The notes: generated by a model from the sequence alone, not told the origin. Shown: positions 39,785-49,540, counted from the stretch's first letter. The stretch is DNA of 64,000 nt from Pseudomonadota bacterium (GCA_043718025.1 JAYSWN010000068.1:1-64000), one strand, 5' to 3'. Made by a program: numbers and translations.

Positions 39785-40912
39785 ATGCCCGAGATGATTA
39801 CCGAAAGACCCCGAATTCTTCTGGTGGATGACGAGAAGGAGATCGCCCAAGTGATCTCTCGCCTTCTGGACATTCATGGTTTTGATGTCACTCTGGCCCA
39901 CACCGCGCAAGAGGCGTTGGACAGTATGGAGACCCAACTTCCCGAGCTGGTGCTTTCCGATGTGGTGATGCCCGGCAAAGATGGTTATGCGCTCTGTGGA
40001 GAGATTCGTCGGCGCTATGAAGATAAAGTGGTTCCCATCATCCTGATTACGGGTAAGGACTGGAGCGGTGAACGGGCTCGTGGCCTAGAAGCCGGCGCTG
40101 ACGACCTCATTACCAAACCCATTGATAAGAATGAACTGCTTAACCGAATTCATTCCCTCGTAAAAATGAAAACGTTGCACGATTCCGTGGAGTCGCAAGC
40201 GCACAAACTTGCCGCCAAGGGGGCCGAACTCGAGACTAAAGTTAATGTGCAAACCAATCAGTTGGGTCAGCTAAAACGGTTTTTCTCCCCGCAGATTGCC
40301 GATTTTGTGCTTTCGCACGCTTCCGAAGCAGTTTTTCAATCGCGTCGAAAAGACGTAACCGTAGTTTTTTTGGATCTGCGTGGCTTTACCGCCTTCGCCG
40401 AAAAGGCGCTCCCGGAACAAGTAATGGAGGTTCTCGGTGAGTATTATGCAACCGCTGGCGATATCGCCCTTAAATTCAATGGCTCGATCGGTCGTTTGGC
40501 CGGGGATGGCATGATGTTTTTCTTGAATGATCCGGTTGAGATTCCCAACCACGCGGTGCGAGCGGTGGAAATGGCTTTGGCCATGCGCGAAGCCATGATT
40601 CGCTTGCGCGGCCAATGGGTTCCCAAAGGGTATGAGTTAGACTTTGGCATCGGCATGGCCACCGGCCGTGCCACTATCGGTGCCGTCGGCTTTGAGAAAT
40701 ATTGGGATTATACCGTCATCGGGTCGGTTACCAACTTGGCTTCCCGTCTTTGCGATGAAGCGAAATCGGGTCAAATTCTCGCTTCCGAGCGTTTTTTGGG
40801 CGATACCGCCAATGGTTTTCGCACCCAACCGTTGGGCGTCGTGCCGCTCAAAGGGTTTGGTAATCCGGTTAAGATCTTTAACATCTTGGCTAAAAAGACT
40901 GACGAAAAATGA
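39785..40912 (+). CDS. Response regulator with class III adenylate/guanylate cyclase domain
   Basis: REC (VDDE, SDVVMP); FLDLRGFT, GDG, DYTVIG..TNLASRL. Confidence 0.92.
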   Translation: MPEMITERPRILLVDDEKEIAQVISRLLDIHGFDVTLAHTAQEALDSMETQLPELVLSDVVMPGKDGYALCGEIRRRYEDKVVPIILITGKDWSGERARGLEAGADDLITKPIDKNELLNRIHSLVKMKTLHDSVESQAHKLAAKGAELETKVNVQTNQLGQLKRFFSPQIADFVLSHASEAVFQSRRKDVTVVFLDLRGFTAFAEKALPEQVMEVLGEYYATAGDIALKFNGSIGRLAGDGMMFFLNDPVEIPNHAVRAVEMALAMREAMIRLRGQWVPKGYELDFGIGMATGRATIGAVGFEKYWDYTVIGSVTNLASRLCDEAKSGQILASERFLGDTANGFRTQPLGVVPLKGFGNPVKIFNILAKKTDEK

Positions 40913-41655
40913 AAGCCCAACGTAAATTGAAGTTAGCTCCGCCGCCCGCAATTGCGGGGCAAGAGATCGTTCCCTCTCCTGGCGAAGATCGATTCATTCT
41001 CGCGGCGGCGTTAGTGGTTTCGTTTTCTGGCGTGGCCTACGAACTTCTGCTCGCTACTTATGCCACCTACCTATGGGGAGGTAGTATTTTCCAGTACAGC
41101 CTGGTTTTTTCGTCAATGATGCTTTCGATGGGGGTAGGCTCTTGGCTATCGGACCGCGGAAAGGCAAGCCCCGGCGTTCGCTTCGTCGTCATTGAATGCT
41201 TTTTGGCCGCGCTCGGGGTTGTTTGTTTGCCCTTGCTCTACACGGCATACTGGAAAGGCTTTGCCCCACTGTTTTTCACCTTCGGATTTAGCTTAGCTTT
41301 TGGCTTTTTAGTCGGGGTTGAAATCCCTTTATTAAACCGCTGGCTGGGGCGAGAGAAAAAAATCTCCGAATTATTGTCGGTCGACTTTGCCGGGGGCTTC
41401 TTAGGCGGAATCCTATTCCCCCTTTTTTTAGTTCCTCATCTGGGCCTTTTTCGCGTGGCGGCATTGGTCGCGCTGCTCAATGCAATGGTGGCCCTTCTGG
41501 GATCCAGGCTAGCGATAGTGCGCGCCGCAACTTCAATTCAAAAAAGCCATTGGCTTCAAGTCTTCGCCATTGCGGTCTGTCTTTTTGGGTTGGGATTTTT
41601 GTTTTGGGCCAATGAGATCCAAAGTTGGATGCAGTACCGCTTCTTTGGTTTCTAA
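40909..41655 (+). CDS. Stand-alone membrane domain of the membrane-fused spermidine-synthase type
   Basis: SGVAYELL..Y..G..FQYSL, GVGS, VGVEIPLL, DFAGG..GG.LFP..LVP..G. Confidence 0.75.
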   Translation: MKAQRKLKLAPPPAIAGQEIVPSPGEDRFILAAALVVSFSGVAYELLLATYATYLWGGSIFQYSLVFSSMMLSMGVGSWLSDRGKASPGVRFVVIECFLAALGVVCLPLLYTAYWKGFAPLFFTFGFSLAFGFLVGVEIPLLNRWLGREKKISELLSVDFAGGFLGGILFPLFLVPHLGLFRVAALVALLNAMVALLGSRLAIVRAATSIQKSHWLQVFAIAVCLFGLGFLFWANEIQSWMQYRFFGF

Positions 41656-41666
41656 AAAGGAAATTA

Positions 41667-43250
41667 ATGCTCACGCCTTTGCAAATATATCTTCTCTGTG
41701 TCGCGGTCAGCGGTAGTGGCTTTGTCGCACAGACCCTCATTTCCGGATTTTGGTCCACGGTATTCAACGAGGATTCAGTCTACTACTCCGTAAATCTGGC
41801 TTTCTACTTCGGTGGCATGGGGGTTGGCAGCTTGATTGCCGGCTGGTTCGGAAAGGCTACGGAAAAGCTGGTGTTAAAATTCGTTTTGGCACTTCTCGTT
41901 TTGGTTGCCCTCATGATTCCATTGCTTCGGGTAGGCGTGAGCTGGCTCGGCAATCGGGAATTCCTCCCGCTGTTCTTAGTGATCGCAGCCGGAATCTTTG
42001 CCGGCGCAACTATTCCTTTGGTAATTCGACTTCGAAGTCGTGGCAATCAGACAAGCTTGGGTACCGTCTTTTTCTTAGATTACTGTTCGGCGTTTGTCTT
42101 TTCGTGCCTCTTTAATCTTTTCCTCTTGATGCGTTTGGGCTATCTGCAGACCGCTTGGCTTTGCTTTTTTGCGGGGTCTACTCTTTGTCTACCTGCGGTT
42201 TACCAATTGGGAAAAAGGAAGGGAGTCTTGGCCTATGTGACCTCGTTCGTCGTGGTCGCACTGACCTCCTATCTCCTTTCGTCCCACGGTATGAATCCGG
42301 ATCCCCAATCCCGGGCGGAATTTAAAGTGTTGGTTGATCGTCAGTCGCCGTATCAGAAAATTGTGATGACCGAAGAGATTGGCCACGGGTCTCTTTTTCC
42401 CGGCGCAATTCACCAGGTGATGTACTTAGATGGCATGGTGCAATTCTCGAGTCTCGATGAGACCAGCTATCACATTTGCTTAGCCAATATTCCAATCACC
42501 GCGGTTGAGTTCTTTGGGGGAAAACCTCGGCGCGCCCTTATCTTAGGCGGCGGCGATGGACTCGCCGCCCGAAATCTTTTGGCCTACCCCTCGGTTGAAG
42601 CGGTTAAACTGGTTGAGTTGGATCCGCTAATGATCAGTCTTGCTCAGCATGACCCCCATTTAGTTAAAATGAACGCCCGGTCATTCTACGATCCCCGTTT
42701 TTCGTACGTCGAGGGCGATGCCTTTCGGTGGATTAAGGAGAGCGAAGAGAAGTTTGACGTAATCCTTCTAGATTTTCCGCACCCGAAAAATTTATCGCTC
42801 GCACGTCTCTACTCAGCGGAATTCTATACTCAGTTAAAGAAACGATTGACCGCCGATGGTTTCATTTCGATTCAGTCGGGCCCAGCCTTTTCGCCGCAGG
42901 ATACTGAGCGCAACACGCTTAGCGAAATTTCATCCGCGATTTTGGAGACGGTGAGGAGGGCGGGATTGAAGGCAGAAATTTATTTGAGTCCGGCGGATCA
43001 AGAGGCCTTTGTGATAGCCACGGCTCGAAAGGATTTTGACATGAACCGTTTTGCTACGGCAATGAGCATGACCGGAGCTGATGGCCTGGGTTTTCTTTGC
43101 CAATTTATCCCGTCGTGGAAGCGGCCGCCGGCCAGCGTTAATACGCTAAATGATCTTTCGCTCGTGACTTACATGGACCGTTGGAATCGCGGTGGCGCCC
43201 GAAAAAATTACGACTTTAGGGGGTCGCGTTCCGTTTTCTTACCCCGTTAA
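41667..43250 (+). CDS. Membrane-fused spermidine synthase-like aminopropyltransferase
   Basis: TM domain; QSPYQKI, LDG.VQFSS.DE..YH, LILGGGDGLAAR, VELDP, DVILLDFP, RLYS.EFY. Confidence 0.85.
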   Translation: MLTPLQIYLLCVAVSGSGFVAQTLISGFWSTVFNEDSVYYSVNLAFYFGGMGVGSLIAGWFGKATEKLVLKFVLALLVLVALMIPLLRVGVSWLGNREFLPLFLVIAAGIFAGATIPLVIRLRSRGNQTSLGTVFFLDYCSAFVFSCLFNLFLLMRLGYLQTAWLCFFAGSTLCLPAVYQLGKRKGVLAYVTSFVVVALTSYLLSSHGMNPDPQSRAEFKVLVDRQSPYQKIVMTEEIGHGSLFPGAIHQVMYLDGMVQFSSLDETSYHICLANIPITAVEFFGGKPRRALILGGGDGLAARNLLAYPSVEAVKLVELDPLMISLAQHDPHLVKMNARSFYDPRFSYVEGDAFRWIKESEEKFDVILLDFPHPKNLSLARLYSAEFYTQLKKRLTADGFISIQSGPAFSPQDTERNTLSEISSAILETVRRAGLKAEIYLSPADQEAFVIATARKDFDMNRFATAMSMTGADGLGFLCQFIPSWKRPPASVNTLNDLSLVTYMDRWNRGGARKNYDFRGSRSVFLPR

Positions 43251-44242
43251 ATTTTTTCACATCGTAATCGCAGATTGATGGTCATATCGCTGTTTGGGTA
43301 GCGGAAGCTTGAGGTGATTTTCCGTTTTTCAAAAGGGGAGAGTCGGAGCACGTTGGGGCTTGGTTTTTCAAGATCACCCATTCTAAAGAGTGTTTCGCAC
43401 TTTTTCTCTACGGCCTCGTGGTTAATCACATCGTAATGCATTTCCAGCACCTGGGGTGCCCCTTCCAGCGTGAAGCGACAAAAGACACTTTCGGTCGAAG
43501 TCTTATTCTCGTTCGTGCAGCGAAATGAAGGGATCTTCGACTTCTCGCGAATGTCCAAATACAAGAAGGCAACGGTGGCTAAGCACCAGAGCAGGAAAAC
43601 GCGAACTGCAGTGGTACGCCCCTTTTCGCTCGGCCGGTGCCGAAGTATCCAGGGCTTAAGGGCAAGTCCAATTGCCAGCGAGAGAAGGCAAATGAACGCG
43701 GTAAAGAGAACTGAGTAGATCGGGCCTCTCATCCATTCCGCCCCGGGCATGCAGGTGCGGTGGATGCAATTCACATTTTGGTTTTCGGGAAAAAGCCAGG
43801 ACACGAAGAAGATCCCGGCGTGTACCAACGCTTGTTTTGGCGCCGGCAGCCAACGTTGATCTTTGGTGACGAATAGGTAGGTAATGCCCACCGGCAAAAT
43901 GTAAAAGTGATAGTGGCTCAGCAGGAATTCATCGGTCGGGTTGCCGGGCTGGTACATGAACTCAACCAACCCGAAGAGATTTCGGCCCGTAAAAATCCGC
44001 CAGAAGTTATCCGTGATCCAAAATGTTTGGGTCGCTAGGGCTACCGAAATCCAGCCGAGTCCCCATCCCCAGTGGTCAAATACCAGTACGGCTCCTATCG
44101 ACCCTAAACACAAATTACAGAACCACCAGTACATCCCTTCGTCCCAGCCATAACGCGTAAAACTCAAGTAGGTATTTGCGGCGGCCCAGAGGAGAAAAAG
44201 GTAGCCGATAGTTTTAAAAAACTGGCGTTGGGTGAAAGGCAT
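43247..44242 (-). CDS. Hypothetical integral membrane protein
   Basis: 331-aa ORF with multiple TMs; WWFCN, NVNC. Confidence 0.7.
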   Translation of the reverse strand: MPFTQRQFFKTIGYLFLLWAAANTYLSFTRYGWDEGMYWWFCNLCLGSIGAVLVFDHWGWGLGWISVALATQTFWITDNFWRIFTGRNLFGLVEFMYQPGNPTDEFLLSHYHFYILPVGITYLFVTKDQRWLPAPKQALVHAGIFFVSWLFPENQNVNCIHRTCMPGAEWMRGPIYSVLFTAFICLLSLAIGLALKPWILRHRPSEKGRTTAVRVFLLWCLATVAFLYLDIREKSKIPSFRCTNENKTSTESVFCRFTLEGAPQVLEMHYDVINHEAVEKKCETLFRMGDLEKPSPNVLRLSPFEKRKITSSFRYPNSDMTINLRLRCEKI

Positions 44243-44437
44243 CCTCTATTGTCCCACGACCTTCCCTTTTCCTCTGCTCTTCCATTAATATTCTATAAAT
44301 ACAATGATTTATCGAAAGAGTGAACGGGCGTATAAACTCTAGGCTGAATTTCTTTTTTGCTTTCAATGCTTAACGAAGCTGGCCCGCCGGGCCGTATAAA
44401 CCTTGGTCATAAGTCGCAAAGGTGGCCGCTGATCATA

Positions 44438-44453
44438 TGGCATCCGGTGTGCA
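44438..44453 (+). promoter_or_regulatory. Putative sigma54 promoter
   Basis: TGGCAT-CCGGT-GTGCA upstream of the lipoprotein gene. Confidence 0.45.
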
Positions 44454-44466
44454 CTCTATTTGTCAC

Positions 44467-45390
44467 ATGAACCGACAAAATTACTTTTCAGTACGACATC
44501 TTTTCTCTGTGGCACTGTGGTCGTTTTTGGCGATCGGGGTAGTGATGTCGGGCGGTTGTAACCAGGGGAGCAGTCGCTCCACTTTGGGTGACGACAAAAC
44601 CAAGGAAGATGTTTTCAAAGACTTTAATGACCTGGGCAATAATGGAAAAGGGAAGTCGCTCGGCGATATCGGGGCCGGTGGTGGTGTCGCGCAGCCTAAA
44701 CCTGGCAGCAATTCTGACGGCTCTTTCTCAGGATTAGACAAACAGGCGGTCAACAACGCCTACTCCGAAAACCAGCAAGTGGCCCCAACCGGCAAAATAG
44801 AGATTTTTACCGACGAGCTTAAGGCTCAAGCAAAAGAGATTTTGGCGCTCCAACGGCAAAAAAAGGACACGGCCGTAAAAAAACTTTTGTTCATGGCGGC
44901 AATGCTTAAGCGTTGCGGCGAAGTCGTGGCTAAATTCACCCCAATCGCGGGCCAGCCGTTGATGGGAAAGTGGAATGGACAAGGCGCTTGTAGTGTAAGT
45001 TTTGACGTGGCCGGAAACGGAGCCGGCGGTAAATACGCGGTTACCGGAGGCAGCAAGGGCACTTTAACTGCCGACACTCAGGGAAAAGGCGCGATTCAGG
45101 CCGATCCTTTCTCAGGTAACGTGGTGGACTCGCCGCAATCCGGAACCGGGCAGGTGGTCTATCCAGGTTTCTTCAAAACCAAAGCTGGGACGTCTGACTG
45201 TGTGCTCGGCATCCGCTTGGCCGAACCAACCAGCCCCATTCCGGCTAACTACAAAGAAGGCATGACCGTGATGGGTGCCTGCCTTCGTAATACGGCTCTG
45301 TTTATCAGTCCGGTGTTCGACAGGATGTTCCAGGACATGAATCCTGCCGTCTCTGAACAGCTACAAAAGAAGTTCTTAAATATTGAGTAA
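44467..45390 (+). CDS. Hypothetical lipoprotein
   Basis: Hydrophobic N-terminus ending SGGC; Gly-rich; start uncertain. Confidence 0.65.
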   Translation: MNRQNYFSVRHLFSVALWSFLAIGVVMSGGCNQGSSRSTLGDDKTKEDVFKDFNDLGNNGKGKSLGDIGAGGGVAQPKPGSNSDGSFSGLDKQAVNNAYSENQQVAPTGKIEIFTDELKAQAKEILALQRQKKDTAVKKLLFMAAMLKRCGEVVAKFTPIAGQPLMGKWNGQGACSVSFDVAGNGAGGKYAVTGGSKGTLTADTQGKGAIQADPFSGNVVDSPQSGTGQVVYPGFFKTKAGTSDCVLGIRLAEPTSPIPANYKEGMTVMGACLRNTALFISPVFDRMFQDMNPAVSEQLQKKFLNIE

Positions 45391-45448
45391 GGTCACTCCC
45401 CATTTAAGTACCAAATCAGCCCGCATCTCATTCCCAATGACGACTTCT

Positions 45449-46318
45449 CTACTCGAAGGTGCCAAAGGGAACCAAGTCATCCGCTACGATTTCGAAGGAA
45501 TTTGCCTTAGGTTTGGCTTCCGTGGCGCCGGATTGATGCCGCTTGATCATCAACTCGAGGTAATTTCTCAGATCACTAATTGCCAACCCCGCCGGCGCGC
45601 GAAAGGGCGGGGCAAATTCAAAACATTGGGGAATGATACGGCGCCCCTCTTTGCGAAGACGGCTATAAGTGGCAAGTGCGTTCTGAAAGGTGGTACCCGA
45701 CTCACGCGAATACTCGGGCAAAAAGCGGAGAACGGCCGCATCACAACAATGCACGCGAACCCACACCTGGGTATTTTTCTTTCCGTTGCGCACGTTATCC
45801 AAATCAGTAAGTTCGATGAAGTAGACCAGGCCTTCGTTTTTAGCGTTCACCGCGAGGTGCACCACTTGGACGGGAATAGCGCCGTCGCCGAAATCTAGTA
45901 AATAGCGCTGAATTTGGTCGCCGCCGATCGCAAAGGGCACGGCATCCCGTATCTCTTCGGGAAATAGGGTCTTGTATTGCAAAACGTATTGCGCTTTTTC
46001 CACTTTCCCGAGGGCATTACGAACAAAATCCTTAAATTGCATACGAACCCGAACCGCCGGTTCGAGGCCCGAGCTTTCCTCGACCAAAATACGACCGGCC
46101 GTGGCAAGCGTAAAGCCACCGGTGGAGCGTTCGATTGATTTGGTTACCCCTTTTTCAACTAAGCGATTCAAATCACCAAGACTCGAAGCGGTAGGAGGCG
46201 TTTGCAGGTCTCTGCCCGAAACTTCATAGAAAACCAATTTATCAGAGATTTCATTCGCGGCTCTACCCTCGCGAAGCGGATCTAAAGTGTCAGCACACGT
46301 GGTTACCCCGGCTTTCAT
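45449..46318 (-). CDS. Hypothetical protein
   Basis: AGGGGG RBS before ATG at 46318; long ORF. Confidence 0.6.
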   Translation of the reverse strand: MKAGVTTCADTLDPLREGRAANEISDKLVFYEVSGRDLQTPPTASSLGDLNRLVEKGVTKSIERSTGGFTLATAGRILVEESSGLEPAVRVRMQFKDFVRNALGKVEKAQYVLQYKTLFPEEIRDAVPFAIGGDQIQRYLLDFGDGAIPVQVVHLAVNAKNEGLVYFIELTDLDNVRNGKKNTQVWVRVHCCDAAVLRFLPEYSRESGTTFQNALATYSRLRKEGRRIIPQCFEFAPPFRAPAGLAISDLRNYLELMIKRHQSGATEAKPKANSFEIVADDLVPFGTFE

Positions 46319-46343
46319 ATTGGCCCCCCTTAAGCCTAAAGGG

Positions 46344-46359
46344 TGCAAGCGAGGGTCCT
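46344..46359 (-). promoter_or_regulatory. Putative sigma54 promoter
   Basis: Minus strand AGGACC-CTCGC-TTGCA. Confidence 0.4.
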
Positions 46360-46481
46360 AAAGTTCACCGATGAGTACTTTCTGTATACAGGGCAGAAGT
46401 GTAGATCTCGTCGTTTTTTGTCTTTTTCTTAGGCGGCCACTCGGCCGTGGGTGCTTCGTTTTCAAAGGCTGGCCAACAAAT

Positions 46482-46507
46482 AAAAAAAGCCTCCTCAATG
46501 AGGAAGC
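46482..46507 (-). terminator. Rho-independent terminator after the ArsC/Spx gene
   Basis: GCTTCCTCA-T-TGAGGAGGC followed by T7. Confidence 0.7.
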
Positions 46508-46534
46508 CGTTTTAAAAAACATCTTAAAATTTAT

Positions 46535-46936
46535 TTACGGAAGAACGGTCTCTTGGAGAGCCGCTTCTTTAGTGGCCGCAACCACTTCCTGAGTTACGAA
46601 ATCGAGAAGAGTCTTCTCTTCGTAACCTTGATAAGCCTTGTTCTCTTTAATAATGAGAGGGCGCTTAATCAAATTTGGATCTTTCAGCATCAAACGAATC
46701 GCTTCGTTCTTGGTTGTACGGCGTTTTCCTAAATGGTTTTCGCGGTAGGTCGTGCTGCGCTGATTAAGGCTGGCGTAAATGTTTTCCGCCTTGATCACCT
46801 TTTCGAGCAAACTGCGCGGGGGCGGTTCGTGAACGATGTCTTTCAGCTGGTAAGAAATTCCCTTCTTATTCAACAGCGAAATGGCTTTCTTGCACTGAGC
46901 ACAACTTTTTTTCGCATACAGAACAATGTCAGCCAC
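46535..46936 (-). CDS. ArsC/Spx/YffB-family protein
   Basis: YAKKSCAQCKKA, PNLIKRP; GAGGAGG RBS before GTG. Confidence 0.88.
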   Translation of the reverse strand: MADIVLYAKKSCAQCKKAISLLNKKGISYQLKDIVHEPPPRSLLEKVIKAENIYASLNQRSTTYRENHLGKRRTTKNEAIRLMLKDPNLIKRPLIIKENKAYQGYEEKTLLDFVTQEVVAATKEAALQETVLP

Positions 46937-47217
46937 CGAAACCTCCTCAGCAATTAGACGAAGCTTGTAACACAGGCCCCCCACCGTCACAAGACTGAAG
47001 TTGGTTAATAGGATGGCGAATTCCTTGAAGTTGTTCACGCTGCTGTCTTTACTTACCGACGAGATCCTCCCGGTCCAGAATTCAATGGGAAAAAAAATCG
47101 ATTTGGATTAAACCCGTTGCCTCAGCGCCGGGCCCCTAAAGCCAGGCCTGCAGCACCTAGAAACTCAAAAAATATCAGGACCTTGGTATCTGAGGTCATT
47201 AAGAGGTTACCGCCCGT

Positions 47218-48357
47218 ATGAACGTAGAGTTGCAAATTTTTACCATCGGCAATCAAGGTCAAGGCGTGGGGCGTGACCCAGAAGGAAATACCTACTACGT
47301 GTCGGGCGCGCTTCCCGGCGATCGCGTTGAAGTGGTGACAAATGAAGAGGGGCGTCACCGCGAAGGCACCGTGCATCACCTTATAGAGGCTTCGGCGGAG
47401 CGAGTGGCTTCGCCCTGCCGCTATTCGGATTCGTGCGGCGGTTGTGATTGGATGGGGTGGAAATATGAAGCACAAACGGCGGCGAAAGAGCGCTTGTTGC
47501 ACCACTCACTTCAGCGTTTTGACCTTGTACCCAAAGTGAATCACCCGTTTATTCCGGCCGAATCCAACCTGCAATACCGGTCGCGTATTCAGCTTCGCGC
47601 TGAAAACGGTAAGCTTGGTTTTTTGAAACGCGGTTCCCATGAAGTGGTGGACATTGAATCTTGCGCGGTGGCGGTCGAGCCACTCAATAAAAAAATTGCC
47701 GAGCTTCGCGCTGAACTAAGCGGTGCAAACGCCGACGTGGATGACGGTGGCGAGCCATCGGACCGCCAAAAGATAGAGCTGGGCGTATCCGATGACGGGC
47801 AAGTCTGGAGCGCCATCAATCAACCGCACGCGGCCATGGGTTTTACCCAAGTGCATCCGGCACAAAATGAAAATCTGAAACAGATTGTAGCCAAAGCCGT
47901 CGCTAATTCCTTCGGGCAAAACGTACTTGAGCTCTTTTGCGGAGACGGCAACCTTACCTTTGCGGCCGTAGGCCCCACCAAACGCTGGCAAGGAGTCGAA
48001 GTGGATGCGGCGTCGGTCGGCCGTGCGAATCAAAAGGCGATGGAGCTAGGCTTTGAACCGCAGCGGCTTAAATTCGGTCGTGCTGATCTCTTCTCAATGG
48101 GGGCTGCCAAACGCTGGCGTGAGATTGGCTATGATACACTTGTCTTGGATCCGCCCCGCTCGGGCATGGGTAAAACTTTGACCCATTTTGTACACCCAAA
48201 ACTCAATAATATTATCTATACCTCATGCTCATTACAAAGCTTCATCACCGATGTCGTTCCACTGAAAAACGATTTTGTTCTGGAAGAGGTCTGGGCCCTC
48301 GATATGTTTCCTCACACCCGGCATTTCGAAATCGTCGCCCGCTTCTCGCGGCGCTAG
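47218..48357 (+). CDS. rlmD: RNA (uracil-5)-methyltransferase, RlmD family
   Basis: TRAM N-terminus, C..CGGC Fe-S motif, FTQV, DPPRSG, SC, DMFPHT.H.E. Confidence 0.85.
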   Translation: MNVELQIFTIGNQGQGVGRDPEGNTYYVSGALPGDRVEVVTNEEGRHREGTVHHLIEASAERVASPCRYSDSCGGCDWMGWKYEAQTAAKERLLHHSLQRFDLVPKVNHPFIPAESNLQYRSRIQLRAENGKLGFLKRGSHEVVDIESCAVAVEPLNKKIAELRAELSGANADVDDGGEPSDRQKIELGVSDDGQVWSAINQPHAAMGFTQVHPAQNENLKQIVAKAVANSFGQNVLELFCGDGNLTFAAVGPTKRWQGVEVDAASVGRANQKAMELGFEPQRLKFGRADLFSMGAAKRWREIGYDTLVLDPPRSGMGKTLTHFVHPKLNNIIYTSCSLQSFITDVVPLKNDFVLEEVWALDMFPHTRHFEIVARFSRR

Positions 48358-49253
48358 TTTTTTTCGTTTTTCTTGCCGCCTCGGCCGGCGCGGCCGACAA
48401 AAGCCTATTTGCTACCCTGCGCGCTTCAGATCTTCGTAAAGGGCCTGAAGAGGCGGCCGCGGTGATAGGACGGGTGCCAAAGGGCACCGTCGTGAAATAT
48501 TCAGGCAAGGCAAAGGGCGAATTCCTTGAAGTGGAAGTAGAGCTCACCCAGGGCAGCGTGCAGGGGTGGATCCCACTTTTTGCGGTGCCTCGTCGTGTTC
48601 GTGAAGACGCCGGGGTAAGCGACTCTCAGTCAAGTGGGCCAGACACTCGCCCCGAAATTCGCCGCACCGAAGAAGATCAACTGGAAGAGAGTTACCGTCC
48701 AATTCGCCGCGTAAAAATCCCTTCTGACGAAGGCATTCTGATTCGCCGCGAACCCAGTTTCTTTTACGGGATTCAGGCCGGCGGGGGAGTGGCGCTGATG
48801 AGCGCGCCGGCGGTGAGTAGCAACTTCTTCATGGGGCCGGCGATCTATACCGGCGCTCACGTAGGCTACTTTCTTTCGCGCGTGGTACCGATTCGCTTCG
48901 AGGTGAACTATGCGCTGATGAGTGGAACCGAACCTACGGGCAAAATTAACCCGATTTCCATCGGTTTTATTCAGACCGGCGTTTCGATTTCGTATTACTT
49001 AGATCAATTTGAGCTTTACGGTGGTGCTTCATTTGGACTTGGGGTTAGCGTTAACGATATTGATCCCAAGATAAAAATTGCAACGCCGATGGATTTTTCA
49101 GGAGCCTTTTTCCACGCGGGAATTGGCTATCTGTTTCCCCTAGGCGACATCAGTAACTTAGCCATCCGCATTCGCTACGATTATGGCGGCAATCAGAGTT
49201 TCGTAGCCCCCCAGGCAGTCTCTGGCCTGATCTATCTAGAATTCCGGGGTTAG
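48225..49253 (+). CDS. SH3-like domain plus outer-membrane beta-barrel protein
   Basis: Signal peptide, LRKGP..VIGRVPKG..GWI SH3b-like segment, beta-barrel C-terminus; start uncertain. Confidence 0.65.
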   Translation: MLITKLHHRCRSTEKRFCSGRGLGPRYVSSHPAFRNRRPLLAALVFFVFLAASAGAADKSLFATLRASDLRKGPEEAAAVIGRVPKGTVVKYSGKAKGEFLEVEVELTQGSVQGWIPLFAVPRRVREDAGVSDSQSSGPDTRPEIRRTEEDQLEESYRPIRRVKIPSDEGILIRREPSFFYGIQAGGGVALMSAPAVSSNFFMGPAIYTGAHVGYFLSRVVPIRFEVNYALMSGTEPTGKINPISIGFIQTGVSISYYLDQFELYGGASFGLGVSVNDIDPKIKIATPMDFSGAFFHAGIGYLFPLGDISNLAIRIRYDYGGNQSFVAPQAVSGLIYLEFRG

Positions 49254-49438
49254 TGCTTCTCATCGCAAGGCTAGCCAGTCGCGTTTAACGACGCCGCAAC
49301 CCCTTCACAATTGCAGCGCCACCGTTTGCCCTAACTATCAAAAGGTTTACGCCCAGGGGCGTATTCTGGAATTGTCTGATTAGTATGCAATCGAGCGGGA
49401 TCCGGGTGTCCAAAACTTAGGCGAAGATTTCCATTAAA

Positions 49439-49451
49439 AATCAAATGCTTA
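49439..49451 (+). promoter_or_regulatory. IHF consensus site
   Basis: AATCAA-ATGC-TTA matches WATCAANNNNTTR, ~90 nt upstream of a sigma54 motif. Confidence 0.45.
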
Positions 49452-49540
49452 TTGTTTTTCGGCGGGTTGTGTGTGAATCGACTACTCACTTAAATGGAGC
49501 CGGCGCCCCTTTTCGTCACGCCTTCAGTTCAAAAGGCCTT

